Notes under the pieces: generated by a model
What the model saw: only the letters and a program-made list of their open reading frames with translations
Database searches by the model: none
What the model was told of the DNA's origin: nothing
Shown: in pieces, positions 40,625 through 56,561 of the stretch
Layout of the letters: each line of letters begins with the position of its first letter
Position numbering within the stretch: the first letter of the stretch is position 1
NCBI GenBank assembly: GCA_013239625.1
Contig: MU056050.1
Location: 6,711,838-6,775,837 of the forward strand
DNA length: 64,000 nt
Direction: 5' to 3'
Source: Lama guanicoe
Lineage: Eukaryota
Program-made: the position numbers and the translations under genes

Positions 40625-41714
40625 AAGAATCAGAATAGTCTCCTGTCTTCTCCTACACCACCTGCCCCAAGGCCTTGTGGAATCCTGAAGGGCCTTCTGA
40701 ATCATCAGCAAAGAAAGTTCTGCTTCATCTGGTGCTGGGTGTATTTTATTGTCTTTTCATCCTTTGGAAAATTCTTTGGAAAACTCTTCAAAACACTGTT
40801 AACCAGGACGTTCATCTTGCATGGTCTCCTCATCATCCCAACTTTTTGCCTAAGTCAGAGTCGCTATATATTTCAACTCTCAGTGTTGCCCTTGCAGAAC
40901 ATACAGACAGAAATCCTTTCTAGATGTTCTGTTTTACTTGTTTTTATCTACCTTAGGAAGTAAAAGTTAATGATCTGTACTTGAAAGAGCCAGCTAAAAA
41001 TGATATTCAGAAATAAATAGGACATGTTCAAATTGATGTGCATTGAACTTTATTCCCCCTGACTTGAAGTAGTTGTTCTCTGGCCATACCTGAAGGTCAC
41101 ACTTTAAGCAGCCATTCCGCATCTTCCTCTTTCCTCCCCATTTCTTTTTTTCTCCTAACACTTTGGTTTGTAGGAACTGGAAATAAGTAAAGGGAGAAAC
41201 TGAACTTGAATTTTCAGCTCGGCCCTCTGCTGAATAAGAAGCAGGAAGAGTTCCTGGGATCGCAGGAGTCCTTGGAATTTGATGGGGAATGGTGAATCCA
41301 GGAGACACACTCTCCCAGCCCCCGCCAGAAAATGTTCCATCTGTAAGATGTTTGCCATCCCCTTGGCCGGAGCTAGACAGTGATAACCTTCTAGAAGGTG
41401 GTATGTGGATCTGCTTAGGAGGAAAACAGCTCTTCCTTTCTTCCTTGGGCGTGCTGCCATTGTTAAAACGTTTTGCTTATTCTGCACTCCCTGGATACTA
41501 CAATACTGGAAACTCCTACCTTGCCCTATTTCTTGTTGGGTGGCATGGAGAGACCTCAAAGCTTGTGAGACTATGTGACCGTTAGGCTGAGAGCATCCCT
41601 GCGGTGTGTAAGCACAACCACGGTGCCTGATGGAAGGTGGGAGTGGTGCTGAGTAAAACCATGGAGGACACCAGTAGAGAAGGAGAGGAGTGACAGCTGA
41701 GGCTGAGGGGCCCA

Positions 41715-42014
41715 GGCTGGGCGCCGGGAACCCTGAGTCTTAGTCCCAGCTCAGCCACTTTCTCACTGCAAGCACAGACCAGCTAACTGTTAGCCTGGCC
41801 TCTGGTGGCCCCTGAGTGAGTGGACGCCTTGGGCTGTGTGTTGCCCTGGACAAGTCATTTAAAACTCTTAACTTGGAGGCTCAGTTTCCTCGTCTGTTCA
41901 GTGAGGATGATATTAGCTTTTTCTCTCAGGTTTGTTGGGAAGAACAAATCCAATAGTAGAGAGGAGAACATTTGGAAAAGGTGAAAGGGCTGCAGAGCGT
42001 AAAGGGGCGTTATT
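41715..42014 (+). mobile_element. MIR SINE (degenerate)
   Basis: ccctggacaagtcatttaaaactct...ctcagtttcctcgtctgttcagtgaggatgata core. Confidence 0.6.
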
Positions 42015-42029
42015 AAAAACGCCTGGGCC

Positions 42030-42059
42030 ATGCTCGCTTCAGCAGCACATATACTAAAA
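42030..42059 (+). pseudogene. U6 snRNA 5' fragment, tailless retropseudogene with TSD
   Basis: ATGCTCGCTTCAGCAGCACATATACTAAAA versus U6 GTGCTCGCTTCGGCAGCACATATACTAAAA (28/30). Flanked by AAAAACGCCTGGGCC and AAAAACACCTGGGCC. Confidence 0.9.
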
Positions 42060-42638
42060 ACACCTGGGCCTTCCCAGGGTCTTTCATAAGTACGGGGGGA
42101 TTGGAATTGCTCCCATGGCAGAATTTTCTTCTTGCCTTAGTTGAATCTTTTTTGTAGTCTTAATTTACACATGAAAATAGATAATTTTTCTGGAGTTGGC
42201 CCGTATGAGAATTATTTTCAGTTGCTGGTGTCAATACCATTCACAGTGAAGTTATTTGAACAATGTAGTCACCCAACTTGCAGAAGAGGCATTTTTGTTT
42301 TCTAGCCGTCTCTCTGTTGCTGTTCAGATATAGAGAATATGGGGCCTGACTTTGCACCTTTTCAAATGACTTTGGGTGTTTATTCGGCTAGTGAATGCAG
42401 ACTCTGTAGACCTGTTTAAAATGATGAGGTGTCGATGTCTATGGGGATTAGCTAGGGCACTGAATTCAGTCCAAAAAGCCTCTGTAGCCCACTGTGGAAG
42501 GCAGTGGGTGGCCCCTTTCCCCAGCCCCCACCTGGGCAGTTTGTGTCCGTGTGTCAGAATCAGGGCACAGGGCTGAACATTAAGAGAGCTTTCTTAAGGA
42601 TCGAAACTGATCTCATACCTGTCTCTACCTCTCCACAG

Positions 42639-42804
42639 TGCCGGAAGCCGCCTAGCGACCCCCAGGAACCCCCCAAGAAAAGCCCCAGAGGGGCTTCAGA
42701 TTCAGGAAAAGAGCACAATGGAGTCAGGGTAAAGCACAAGCACCGGAAGCCAACAAAGCCAGAGTCCCAGTCTCCAGGAAAACGAGCTGATGGCCACGAG
42801 GAAG
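42639..42804 (+). CDS. BCORL1: BCORL1 exon 5: [14 protein letters not shown]...KRADGHEE(G)
   Basis: Acceptor ctccacag|, donor AAG|GTAGGC. 166 nt. Confidence 0.95.
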
Positions 42805-43842
42805 GTAGGCCCCTAGGGTCCTGGCTCTCACTGGGCTGCAGGAGGATCCCTATGGTGGGTCATGGGGAGGAGTTCTGAAACTGACCAGAAAAGGGAGACC
42901 TCCTCACTGTGGGAGGAAGATAAAATTGACACCTCTGAAATCAGAGCGAAGGAGAAGGGAGACAGGAGTAGGGGCTTATGCTGCTCACCTTGGTTGCTAG
43001 AATAAGGCACACTCTGAAGGCTGAAGGAGGAGGTTTTCAGACAGGCAAGAGTCAGTCCTGCAGCAGAATAGCCAGCCTATTACCCTGCAGTGGGTGTAGG
43101 CTCAGAGAAGCACCGTATTTAATGAGGATTGAGACCAAAACAGAACAGGGGTTATTTACACTGTTTTCTCTACCTTTGGTGTACTTGAAAACTCCCGTTA
43201 TAAAAGTTAAAAGTTAATAGCTAGCTAGCTAAAAGGGTTTAGAGAAATCCTCAAGCCTCATTATTTAGGGACACACAGGATGTTTGGGGTGGGGAGCTGT
43301 GTACGTAACCCCTGTGCTTTGCCACTAATTGTTCCTTGGTGCCCTCTTCAGAGAGAAGCCTGGATATCCCTGCCCAGAGGAGTCTGTGTTCATGGCCTTG
43401 CCTGTCTGACGTGACCTGCCTCTTTCTAGTCTGTTCTTGAATACAGCAGTTTTCCTCTGTCTGCCGCTCCCTGCTGCCATCTTCCTGCCTCGTTCAATCC
43501 TCTAAGCTTTGGGAGGCTGCCCTTCTCTGGGACCTGCTGCAGCTCGGTCATAACTTTGTGGAGGTGCAGCAGCCTCACAGTTGTGCAGGCAGCCGGGCCT
43601 TCTACTTTGTGGCGTGCTGGCGAATCGATGCCGTGCACAGCCTTTCTGGTGTCAGCAAAAATGACCCAACTCCCAGTTTTCAAAAACCACCGAGAAAAGC
43701 TCCTTCTCTAACAGAGATACGTAGGTGATGGCAGCATATGGGGGCTGATGACTGTAATGCAGGGAGAACACAAACCTTCCCTTGAGTTTTCCATTTGAGC
43801 CTCTTGAGGAGGGGCTCTCCCATCCTGAGTCTCTGATCGTGA

Positions 43843-43968
<126 letters not shown>

Positions 43969-45629
43969 TGAGTCTGAGGCTGAGGCGCATCTTGGCACTT
44001 CTCCGCGAAGAGGTAGAAATCTGGCTGAGCGACTTTGCCATTGGCCCAGGTGGAGATTTGATTCACTGTGCCAAGACACTGAGCTCCTTGCAGGGATGAG
44101 AGAGCCCAGGGTAGGAGCCAGGTCATTGCCCATGATTTTAGGACAATTTGCTTAGCTTTTCAGAACAGGAATTTATCTCTTATTGGCAGCCAGTGGTGGA
44201 AAGAGGGAAAGGCCTGCACCACTCAGGAAAACCAGTTCTACTTTGGAATCTCATGATTATCAGGGCCAGTCTCAGGCACAGACATTTAACATTAAGGCCT
44301 CCGTCCTCTTGCCCTGTGTGACAGGCATTGTCAAAACTGGAAGTGGTCATTGAGTCGTCAGAGCGAGCAGAATCACATTTGGTTCCCTGAATTTGTATTG
44401 GTCAACCCCCAGCGTCTAAAAAAGGATCGCTCTTTCCAGCCACGACTTGTCTGCTAGCCTCTGTGTTAGTACTTAGCGCTAGAAATGGTTGCCCCAGTTC
44501 ACCCAGATTTCCATGCAAAGTGGATGGAATGGGGAAGCAGGAGGGCACAGTGTAAACTCAGTTATCTGACATTCTATTAACGGGCATCTCAGCCCATGGA
44601 GAGCAGTGGTAATTGGGGCTTGAAATGACGGCCTGGAGGCGTCAAAAAATCCTGAAGTGTCCTCTGAATCATCAAAGAGCGATTACATTATAGCCATTCC
44701 CATTTTAGTGTTAAGCACATTGTAGTGTATTTGAGTCTCTGGAAATTGGTGATCCCTGTGTGAGCTCTGTGGTGATTCTGTGTTAACCAGAATATTAAAT
44801 TAACCAGAACACTTTGTCCCCTGCCTGGTCTGTATAATGGAAGGTTTGCTAGATGTTGGCTGTCTTTAAGCAGTCTGACTGACTTGAAGCTTTGGTCAAG
44901 GGCCACTCTGTTTGCCTCCAACCATTTCTGTCTTCTGCTGACCTCGCTTGGATTTGGGGATTGTCAAGTTCATAGCCGGGCCTTGAGAGAAAGATGGTGG
45001 TGTCTCAGCCGCTTTTGAGGAAGAAGTCAGATCCCCTGTGGTGCTACACCAGCCCAATTTAGGATTGCACTTTTGTTAGCAGAGCTGAAGGAAGGAGTGC
45101 GGAGGAAAATGGCCTCTTGGCCAGGTGGCAGAGGAGGAAAGGAAAGGTCCCGCTGTCCTGGGGTGTTGGGGAGAGGAGGGGGAAGTGCCTGCCCAACGGT
45201 GAGGAACAGCTGCAGTGGGTGGGGGTGGTGCCAGGGAGAAAGCTCCACCCTTGGACTCTCGGCCGCCCAGTGGGAGGTGGGGTCAATGTAAGGAAAGAGG
45301 GCCTGGCCGAGGAGCATTTGGCTGGGACTAAGCCAGGCTGTGTCACAGGAAAGGGGCTCCTCCTTGCTTCACTTTTCCTGACACTCTTTGGTGACAACTC
45401 TGCTTGCCCAGGGTGGCTCTGTCCTCAAGACTGGGGGTCATGTAGTGGGCCGGGGTGGGGGCGCCATGTCAGTCTGCCCTCCTTTACCCTCTGCTAAACC
45501 CTGTGGCCCTTTCTGCTCCTCACACAATGCTTGGCATCTTGTGAGCACTAAGTAAGAGTTTGTGGAATGAATGAAAGTGGCACGGCAGTGCAGGTGAGGA
45601 AGGGTGTGTGGTTTGGATACATGATGGTT

Positions 45630-46537
<908 letters not shown>

Positions 46538-48759
46538 TGACCTCTTGGTGAGCGGAGGACATGAAGGTCCGAGCCCTCCAATTTCTTATAAAAGTCTGAA
46601 CCTGTGGGCAAGGCCATAGTGCTGTCCTTGGCATGGGACAACTCGATACCAGGGATTTCTCTGGTTGGCTTGAGGGAGTTGGGTCTTTTGGGAGGTCAGG
46701 TTTTTGCTCCTGGAATCCGGAGTTCAAGAAGAAAGAGGGCCTTGGCTGCCTTTCCTGGGATGCCTCCAGCCCCTAAACTCAAAAAGAAGTACAATGGTTT
46801 CCTCAACCCAACAGAAGAACTTCAAGTAGAAGCAGGCACAACTTGGCTTTCTTGGTTAAAGCCACAGAGGTTGTTAAGAGGCAGAGTGAAGCTTTAAGGG
46901 GACCTGAGGTGGCGTCATTTTGTTGGACTTGAGTTGGAAAAGCAAGCAGCCCAAGAAGAAAACCAGGCTTGCTTTGGCCACGTAAGATGCTCTAAGACGT
47001 AATCCTGGAGGCACAGCCCATCACCGAGGCTAATGTCAATATGTTCTGCTAAGCGCTCTTTAGGCCCATTCCTATAGTGGGTTTCTCGATGAGCAAGAAG
47101 CACATCTTTGGGTTAGTGAGAACACCCCTGTCTCTCACTCTGTCCGACTTTCGCCCTTGAAGCAACAATTGATTGTCTTCTATAATGTATTCATCCTGAG
47201 GTGCCAGTAAATATCTGTAGTCTCCTTATTAATGAAAACTGAATAACCGCATACTAAGTGGATAGTAAATTCTGGGTTTGCTATAATGCAAAGAAGGCTA
47301 AACCTCATTTCCGGCTCTGGTTAAGTAGGGATATATACAATACCTAGCTCTACACTTAAGAGAGTAATGGAACTAATTTTCATCAACTGTGGGAGAGAGT
47401 GGGGATAGTTTTCCCTTTTTACTGCCAGAGCCATAATGGATCTGTCAGGAATGAGGTGTCAAGCAGTTGGCCTCAGCACTTGTATTTGGATAAAGAGGAG
47501 CTTTTGTGTCACCCAGTCTTCTCTAATGAGGACTGGTTTCCTAGAAGCTTGGATGCTTCTTACAAAACTTACCAGCTTTTGGAACCAGAAGGACCTTTGA
47601 GGTTACCTGGTCCAGTTTTCCACCCAATGTAGAGATCTCCACGGCACTCTTGACAGGTAGCCTCGACTTCAACACCTCCAGGAACATGGAGACCACAACT
47701 CAGCAAGGCATCCTGTTTGATGTGAGGCGGCTCCAGTTGTTAGGAGGTCATTCCCCTTCTATGGGTGTGTCTAAGTGTTTTGAGTTGAGGCTATTGGCTT
47801 TGGTTTGTGGTCCGGTTACCTTCCTCCATATCTGATGGTGACATCTTCATGAAGGAATTGCCTGGCAAACATCTCTCTTCTCAGAAAGCTTTGATCCCTC
47901 CTATTACCACCCTCTTTCAGGCTGACATCAGAGAGTTAGCTAGGCAGAGACCATACCAGGCAGGTCACCTTACTCCTGTCTGAATCTCATGAACTTTCCT
48001 TTTGTCCTGGGGCTTCGGTCTCTCCCTTCTTGATCTGTGGAGGGGATAGGAAGAGCCACTTCCACTCACACCTACTACCTCCATTCCCTGTTCCTTTCTG
48101 TGCTGCTATGAGGCCCTGCTCCACCACAGTTCAAGAAACTCCAGAGCCTGCCTTGCCCTGGGTAAACGGAGTAGGGGCTGCTGCTTTTCCTGTGGCACTG
48201 AATGCTGTAATATGGCTTCCCCATGTTTCCTGAGGTCCTCACAAGGCATGGTTCCATTCCTTCCTCTTTTGTCTCAGCCCAGACTTATTGCATCAAAAGG
48301 CTTGGTTGAGAATGTGCTGGCTGGAAGTGCCATTAGAAGCCATCTAACATGAAAATAGTTCTTGGACATATTTGGGGACCCACTAGTGTGTTGGGGCCAG
48401 TTGGGAGAAAGGGGTGGGATGACAGCTGGGCTTCTAAGAGCTGTGCATAACCTGCAGACAGTTCCTCATACTGTAATGATGGCTCCTACGTCTGGATCTG
48501 CCCTTGGTGATGTCACACGTAAGAGCACGTGTCAGGGTCAGGGGAGGGGAGCTGAGAACTCTTGGATTTTGCTCAACCCCCTTGTTTCACAATTTGGAGA
48601 AAACGAGGCTGCAGTTACTCACTTCACAGACATACTAATCTTTTGTCATGTTCTCAGCATGGTGGCCAGTCCTGTGGAAGAGACAAAGAACACATAGGCA
48701 TGGCCCTACCTAGAGAGCTTACACTTAAATAATATGGTGATGATACATTACTCTTTATA

Positions 48760-48910
48760 ACACTTTATAAAGGAGTTTTGCATATATTTCCTCACTTAAT
48801 TCTCATACAAGTCCTGTGATGTGGGTTATATTCTCCCTATTTTGCTGACATGGAAACTGAGGCTCAGGGAGATTATGACTTGCCCTCAGCAATCGCACAG
48901 CTAGTGGCCA
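48760..48910 (-). mobile_element. MIR SINE
   Basis: cctattttgctgacatggaaactgaggctcagggagattatgacttgccc. Confidence 0.7.
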
Positions 48911-49625
48911 AGCCATGTAGCACTAATGTTAAGAGATAAGAATGAACTCAATCTATCCCCTTACCCATGGGGTTTAGGACTGACCCTGTGGGATGTGGCT
49001 CTTGGTAATGGAGTTCTCAGCAGGCCTTTTGGAAATTAGAATGTGCTTTGTTCACTGAACTGTGGCTAGAATTAGAGATGTTGTCCAGTATGTCCCCAAG
49101 CAGGGATGGCAGCAGGTTTCTGTGATTGCCCACCAGTTAAGTCGGCCCATGGCACCTTCTGGTTTCCGGGAGTCTCTGTGGCTTTGATCTTTGTGTGCTT
49201 GGAGAGAGACCAACAGGGCAGTCAGATGGGTAGAGCTGAGGCTATGAAGGAAGCCTTCTACTGTTTACTCTTCACCCCAGTATACTTCATATTTCACTTC
49301 AGCTAATCTGCTAAATTTGTTTTCATATTGGAGTGGAGAAACAGACAAGTTGGAGGGGGGTGTGGACTGAAAAGAAAGTTCTGAGCTGCTCTGAGCTATG
49401 GGGAAATCCTTTAAAAATTACCCTCATCTTCGGGATAGCCAGATGGGCCACCCCCTGCTGGCAGGGCTGGAAGTTGTCTCCTGCTTGTAGAGGAGGGACT
49501 TTGATGTCGAAGCATAGTGTCCAGTGTTGAGAAGTGTTAAGTGGAATAGTCAGCACCGCACTAGGTACTGGTAGTGAATAGTTACACAACTTTGTGCTGA
49601 GATTCTAATCCCCAAAGTCCTCTAA

Positions 49626-49964
<339 letters not shown>

Positions 49965-52533
49965 TGAGGGAGGAAGGTATGTAGAGGGGTAGTGGGCTAG
50001 GGCAGCAGATTTTCCACAGGCTTGTTGGTCAACAGTCTTCTCAGTAAGTAAGTGAGTGAGTGTGTGCGTGGGGAGGATCAAATTAACCCATGTTTATTAA
50101 AGTATTTTAAATTAGTTATGGAAGGCTTGGGGTGTGGATTTGAAGAATGGGAACTAAAGTTAGAGCTAACAATAAGAATTTGCAAACTATACGGTTAGCC
50201 CCTGATGGCGTCTCCTCCACAATCCTTGGATCTCCTTTGAGTTAGGGAAGAGTTAAAGAATATGGCAGGATGTTAGCCTGAATAGCTTGTTAACATCCAA
50301 TCAAGAAGCTTTTGTCTGGGCGTAACTCACTGCAAACCAATCAGGGAGCTTTCTGAGTCAATCAAGGTAGGAAACAAGTTGTAGAAGCAAGGATGTTGAT
50401 GTCCAGACAAAGGTTGCTTGAGGGTGGGGCTGAAGGAATTCCATGTGGGCCAGGTTATAGCTGTACAACCCTAACCCCACTCCTTAGTTCCTTTGCTTCT
50501 CATGGAAGCAGAGGAACAAGTAAGTGGGCCCTCATCAATCAGTAGCCAGGCAAGTGTTCTAGAACCCCTGCTTTGGGTCTGGTGTTCATGGCATTGGTGT
50601 TGAGTTCCACATTGTACAATTCAAAAAAATCACAGTTCTCATTCCTGTGTGAGCTGTACGTTTGAGAAGTAAAGGTTCAGGTTCAAATGTATACCTGTAT
50701 TATGTATGAGTCTTGACAATCAAAAAAAAAAGGTGGGGTTCATATTGGACTTGTTTTGGTGGCTGTGATTCTTATGGCTTCTTCCAGCTCCAGAGCAGGG
50801 ACCCCTGAGAGGCTCTGGCAAAAAGTGGGAGACCAGGTACTCAAGCTTCCCCTTCTTTCCCCTGTCTCATTTGGAATCTGGTTCCAGCTCAAGGTACTCA
50901 AGCCTATTTCCTCATCTTTAAAAATGGAGATGATACTCCATGTCCTTTCCATCTCACAAGGGTGCTTGGGGGAACAAAGGAGGCAGGGGATGTGAAAGGC
51001 TTTGAAAGGATGTAAAGTGCTCTCTCTGAGGTTGGTGTACGTTCTCCAGCTTCTGGCTGAGACAAGAATGAGGGGACAGAGGCCCAGAGTGTCAAGGTAG
51101 CTGTGCAGTTCCCTCAGACCCCCGGAGGTGGCCAGGGCGGGAGTAGGGAAGTCCAGTCTGTGCCAGTCCTCTGCTCATAGTATGGCCCTTGATTCCCACA
51201 GCAGCTGTCAGATGTAGGCGCTATTGTCCCTGTTTTGTGGTGAGGAAACTGAGATTTGGGGAGGTTGAGGGTTAAGTTTGCTCAAGGTTACTCAGTGGTC
51301 CTGAGTGACAGATTTGGGATGTGAAACAGACCTGGCTACCCCTGGCACATCCCCACCACTCTTTCCATAGGCCTCCACCCTGTGAATGGGTGGTTTCTGT
51401 CTGTATCTGGAAGACCCTGGGGGAGGGGGCAGCTGGGAAGGGAGAGGCTCAACCCTGAGCAGCTCTGGAGGAAGGTGTGCATCCCCCTCCCCTGCTTCTC
51501 CCCAGACACTCATGGCCCCATCCCACACAAAGGTGACCAGCCCCCTGACATTCAGCAGCACACGCTGATGCTTCTGTCTGGGTATTCTGCGTGGCAGTGT
51601 GTCTGCTGAAATGTTCTTCCTGGAGAGATTTTGTCCCTTTACAGGGCCTCCTTTCTCCCTCCCACCTTCCTTTCTCTCCCAATCGCCACCACCTGCTCCA
51701 ATTGCCCCCGTGGCATGGCGCTTTGTAGTGGGAAGCAAGGCAAGGGGGAGGGTGGGGGATGCACCTGTAACACTGAAGCTGGGGCATTGGCCAAAGACTT
51801 CTTCCCATAGGGGCTCTGAGCCAGTGGGGAACAGGGAGAAGAGGTGGCCTCTATTTGGTTCTGCTCCCCCCACTCTGAAGCAGCCCCCCTTATCTCTGGC
51901 AGCTCTGGCCCCTAGAAGGAGAGTCACCCTTTGGCTCCTGGCTTGGCTTAGGAAAAACCTGGACACTTTACCCAGCATCATCCAGTATTGCCATTATACA
52001 CCTCTATCCTCCTGACAGTAAAGCTGCATTCTACACTCATAGCTGGTGCCTTGCTGCTAGCTATTGTGCCACTCTGCCCTTTTGGAATATGGATGGATAG
52101 CAGGTCTTGTTGCCTTGTGATTTACCAGTGGAAACAAATGCCCTGAGCCCTTGTCTTTTCCCTGCTGCCGTTCCTCTCCTGGCTTCATGTCTTTCTAGGC
52201 AACTTTTCTGGCTTCTCAGAGCTCTACATACAGCTGGCTTGAATCAAGTCAACAAATATCAGTTGCAATGATATGCCCAACCCTGAATTAAGTGCTGTAA
52301 GGAACAAGAGAGAAGATGACAATATGAACTCTGTCCCCAGGGAGCTTAAAAACTAGCAGTGGAGGCTAGATTTGCCCATGAAACAACCGAAGGAAATTAA
52401 GACAGTCAGGCATCAGGAATTGGATTATGTGATTCAGACTAGGTGTTCTGGGTATGCAGAGAAAGAGGGCAGTGGGGACCAGAGTGTTGTAGAGAGAAGA
52501 CCCAGGATTTAAGAGGGATTTGAATAAGTGGGA

Positions 52534-53410
52534 TATATTAGTTATCTATTGCAATGTAACAAATTACCCTTCGATTTAGCAGCTTAACCCAACCATAAAC
52601 AGGTATTACCTCACACAGTGTCTGGGGGTAAGGAATTTGGGAGCAGCTTCACTGCGTGTGACTGGGGGTCTCCCATGCATGAGGTTGCAGTCAGGTGTCA
52701 GCCAGGGCTTCATTCATCTGAAGGCTTGACTGGGGCTGGAGGATCTGCGACTAGGGTAGCTCCCTCACATGGATATAAGTTGATGCTTGTTGTTGGCAGG
52801 AGGCCTCCTTTCCTTGCCCCGGGGCCTCTCTAAAGGACTCTTTGAGTGTCCTCATGACCTGGTAGCTGGCTTCCTCTGGAACAGATGATCCAGAAGAGAG
52901 CAAAGCAGAAGCCACATTGTCTTTCAGCCTTGGAAGTCACACCCCGTCATGTCTGCTGTCTCCTGTTGGCTACACAGTTCAGCCCTATCCAGTGCAGAAG
53001 GGAGGCTACCCAAGAGCTTGAATACCAGGAGTGAGGGGTCAGCAGGGGCCAGCTTAGAGTCTGATGAGAGCACAGTCTTCTTCTGGCCCCTGAAAGATTC
53101 ATGTCCCTTTCACATATCCCCCAAAGTCTCTTCCAATTATGGAACCAGCTCCAAGTTTAAAATCTCATCTAACTTGGTCTAACATCATCTAACTTAACCC
53201 ATAATCTAGCAGATGAGGCTCACTGGGTCTGGTTTCTTAGATACAGCTCCTTGAAGGCAGTTCCTCCCCATCTGAAGTCTCCTGAACAAAAGAGGCAAGT
53301 CACCTGCCCCTACAGACCCAGTAAACCATGACAGGGCAGGCATGGGAACTTGCTCTAGACATTCCTGTTCAAAGTGGGAGGAGAACGGAGACACACGGGG
53401 CATTCATGAG
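52534..53410 (-). mobile_element. MaLR LTR (MLT1-type, about 52534-53070) plus probable adjoining internal sequence
   Basis: tattagttatctattgcaatgtaacaaattaccc...catctgaaggcttgactggggctggaggatctgc...gagtgtcctcatgacctggtagctggcttcc. Confidence 0.75.
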
Positions 53411-53419
53411 GAAAGGACT

Positions 53420-53600
53420 GTAACATTTTGTGAGTACCCACCTTGTACATTGTTCTGGAGCCTTTCTAGTTCATTATCTCAAAAACCCTGCAAGGGAGAA
53501 AGTGAGACTCAGAGAGGTTGGGTCTTGCTGCAGGTCTTATAGCTAGTGGATGGCAGAGGCAGGATTCAAAACCCGATCTGTCTGACTCCCGAGCCTTAGT
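53420..53600 (-). mobile_element. MIR SINE
   Basis: gaaagtgagactcagagagg...ggcagaggcaggattcaaaacccgatctgtctgactcc. Confidence 0.7.
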
Positions 53601-53912
53601 GTTCTCCAGCCCTCCAGGGGGGCATGAGTGTGATCTGGGGACATGGCGTGGTTGTTGTGGAAGATGGGAAAAGCCTGGTGAGGGTTGATGTCGGGGAAAG
53701 GTTTTGGCCACAAGAGCGAAGGCATCCACACTTGTGTCTACCCCTCCTTACTTTGAGTTTGCGTCTATTTATTTATTGAGATAACTTGTAAAAACCTCAG
53801 TAAACGGGGATTGAGGCAGGTAAAGAAGACATGCAGAGTGCCTGAGAGAAGCTGGGATGTCCCTCCATCTCTGCTCTCCAGTCCTTTTGTCACTCCTTGG
53901 TTTTGTGGTTGA

Positions 53913-54425
<513 letters not shown>

Positions 54426-54709
54426 TGAACATAATTGAGATGGTGGTAGCACAGTATCATCCAGTATATTCCTGGGCCAGAAATGGGATTCGGGTTTTTT
54501 TATGTTTTATGTCTTGAATTTCCCTGTGTGGTGGCTCCCCGACTCAAAGAGGAACAGAGGTGATCACTGCTCCCTCTTCATGTCACCCTCCAGCTAGCCC
54601 TCCTTTGGGCTTCTGGTAGTAGAGATGTCTGGAGTATGTAGTGGGGGCAGGGCTGAGCTCACTCCACCTTCTGCTGCTCCCCTATCGATTTGGAAAGAGA
54701 ACAGGAAAG

Positions 54710-54920
54710 GAAGCAGGTGTTTATTGAGCACCTTTTTTTGTCATGTTAAGAACTCTGATTACTTCACATCATTTCATCTTCACCATAAGCCTGTGGAGGA
54801 AGGTTTTATTAACCCCATTTTACAGGTGAGAAAAGAATAGCTTAGCAGTATTAAGTGGTGTGTCCAAGATCACTATATGTATGTGAGTCTGAATTCACAC
54901 CAAAGCCTTTTTGATTCCCA
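54710..54920 (-). mobile_element. MIR SINE
   Basis: tttattgagcacc...catttcatcttcac...ccccattttacaggtgagaaaa. Confidence 0.7.
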
Positions 54921-56306
54921 AGTGCCAGGATAGGGGCGGAAGCCTGACTCATTCGCCATCCTTCAGTCACGTTGTTGGGCGTTTTGGTTGATGTGAACTC
55001 CTTGACCATGTATCTTTGCCCACCACACCAACTATTTCCTCAGGATTTGCTCTCAAGTGTGGAGCTCCTGGGCTACAGAGTAGGCCTTTTATTTTTTAAG
55101 GCTCCCAGTGTCCACAACTGACCCATTTAAAGACAGCCACACTCCCAGCCAGGCTGGTTGGTACAGGGGAGCTGCCTTGACAGCATCTCACTGGCCAGCC
55201 ACCTATCTTTCTTGAGCACCTAGTGTGGGAGCCTGGATAGCTGCTGCGGGAGATCTAAAGAAAAACGATGACCAACCCTTGTCCTTTAGGTTGATGTTCT
55301 TTTCCCTGGGGCCAAACCAGCGAGCAGAAAACCATGGGCGAACCAATCAGGACAGGGCAAGAGCAGGTTGGACAGCTTGTCCTGAGAGGGAGGGAGCGGG
55401 CGGGGTGGGGGAGGAGCCTGGGCCTGGGGGAAGAGGCAGCATCTGCATTGGTGAGGAGGGTAGGGGGCCTTGTGATCCCCTGGGTAGAGGCAGCATGACA
55501 GTTATTGTATCCAGGAGGCAGCATCCCCACACAGGCGTGCTCACTAGCTCTAGTCAGCCAGCCGGTGAGCTAGCTGTCAGTCAGGATGGCTGAGTCCCAT
55601 CTCTCCAGGGCCTGAAGAGCTGATGAGAGGCCCCTGGTAGCTGCTACCAGTCTCTTTCTTTCAGTAGAGGGGCTGCCTCTCCCCTCTCCTTCAGGTTACT
55701 CACCAGCTTCATCCCAGACTAGCTAGGCTGCTTCTAGGTCTGTAGTCCCGCTTCTGGTCCCATCGTCGCAGCCTGGGGAAGCTAATGATTACTATGGATG
55801 AATGACTACACCAGATTCTACATGAAGCAATCTTGATTTGAGGGGAGGGCTAGAACTGACTGCCCTGGGATAAACTTCCAGGGATAGTACAGAAACCAGT
55901 TCTTTCTTCCCTGTTCTCAAATTACTGCCAGAGGCTGTGCTTGCCACCACTTGCCTGATTTCTCTGGTCTGGGGCCGTCTGGCAGAGCCCCAGAGTAGTG
56001 AGCCAGTGCTCAGACAGCTGAGGCCTGAGGGTTTGAGCCTTGGGTGGGCAGGTGAGCCTCTCTGAGGGCCTCACCACAACAATCCACACCCAGATGAGTA
56101 TTGTTGGTCGTGAGAAATGGCCCCCTGCTGCTGAGGACACAGCCCAAAGCTGAGCCCCTGGTGATGGCAGCTCAGGACTGATGTTGACAAAAGGTTCTGA
56201 GATTTGTCTGTCAGTCCCTGGGCTAAAGAGCAGGTTCTGAGATTCTTCGGATATTTGGAGAGCTGCGAACCTAACTGGGTGGTGTCCGGAGTCCGGCCTC
56301 TCTTAG

Positions 56307-56561
<255 letters not shown>

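Noticed and set aside
51292..52015. 229-aa minus-strand ORF in intron 8
   Set aside because: No recognisable domain, and its end overlaps MIR-like sequence.
56192..56244. 13-bp direct repeat AGGTTCTGAGATT with a 27-nt spacer
   Set aside because: Only two copies, and the spacer matches no RNA or element I recognise. Not an array and not evidently a TSD.
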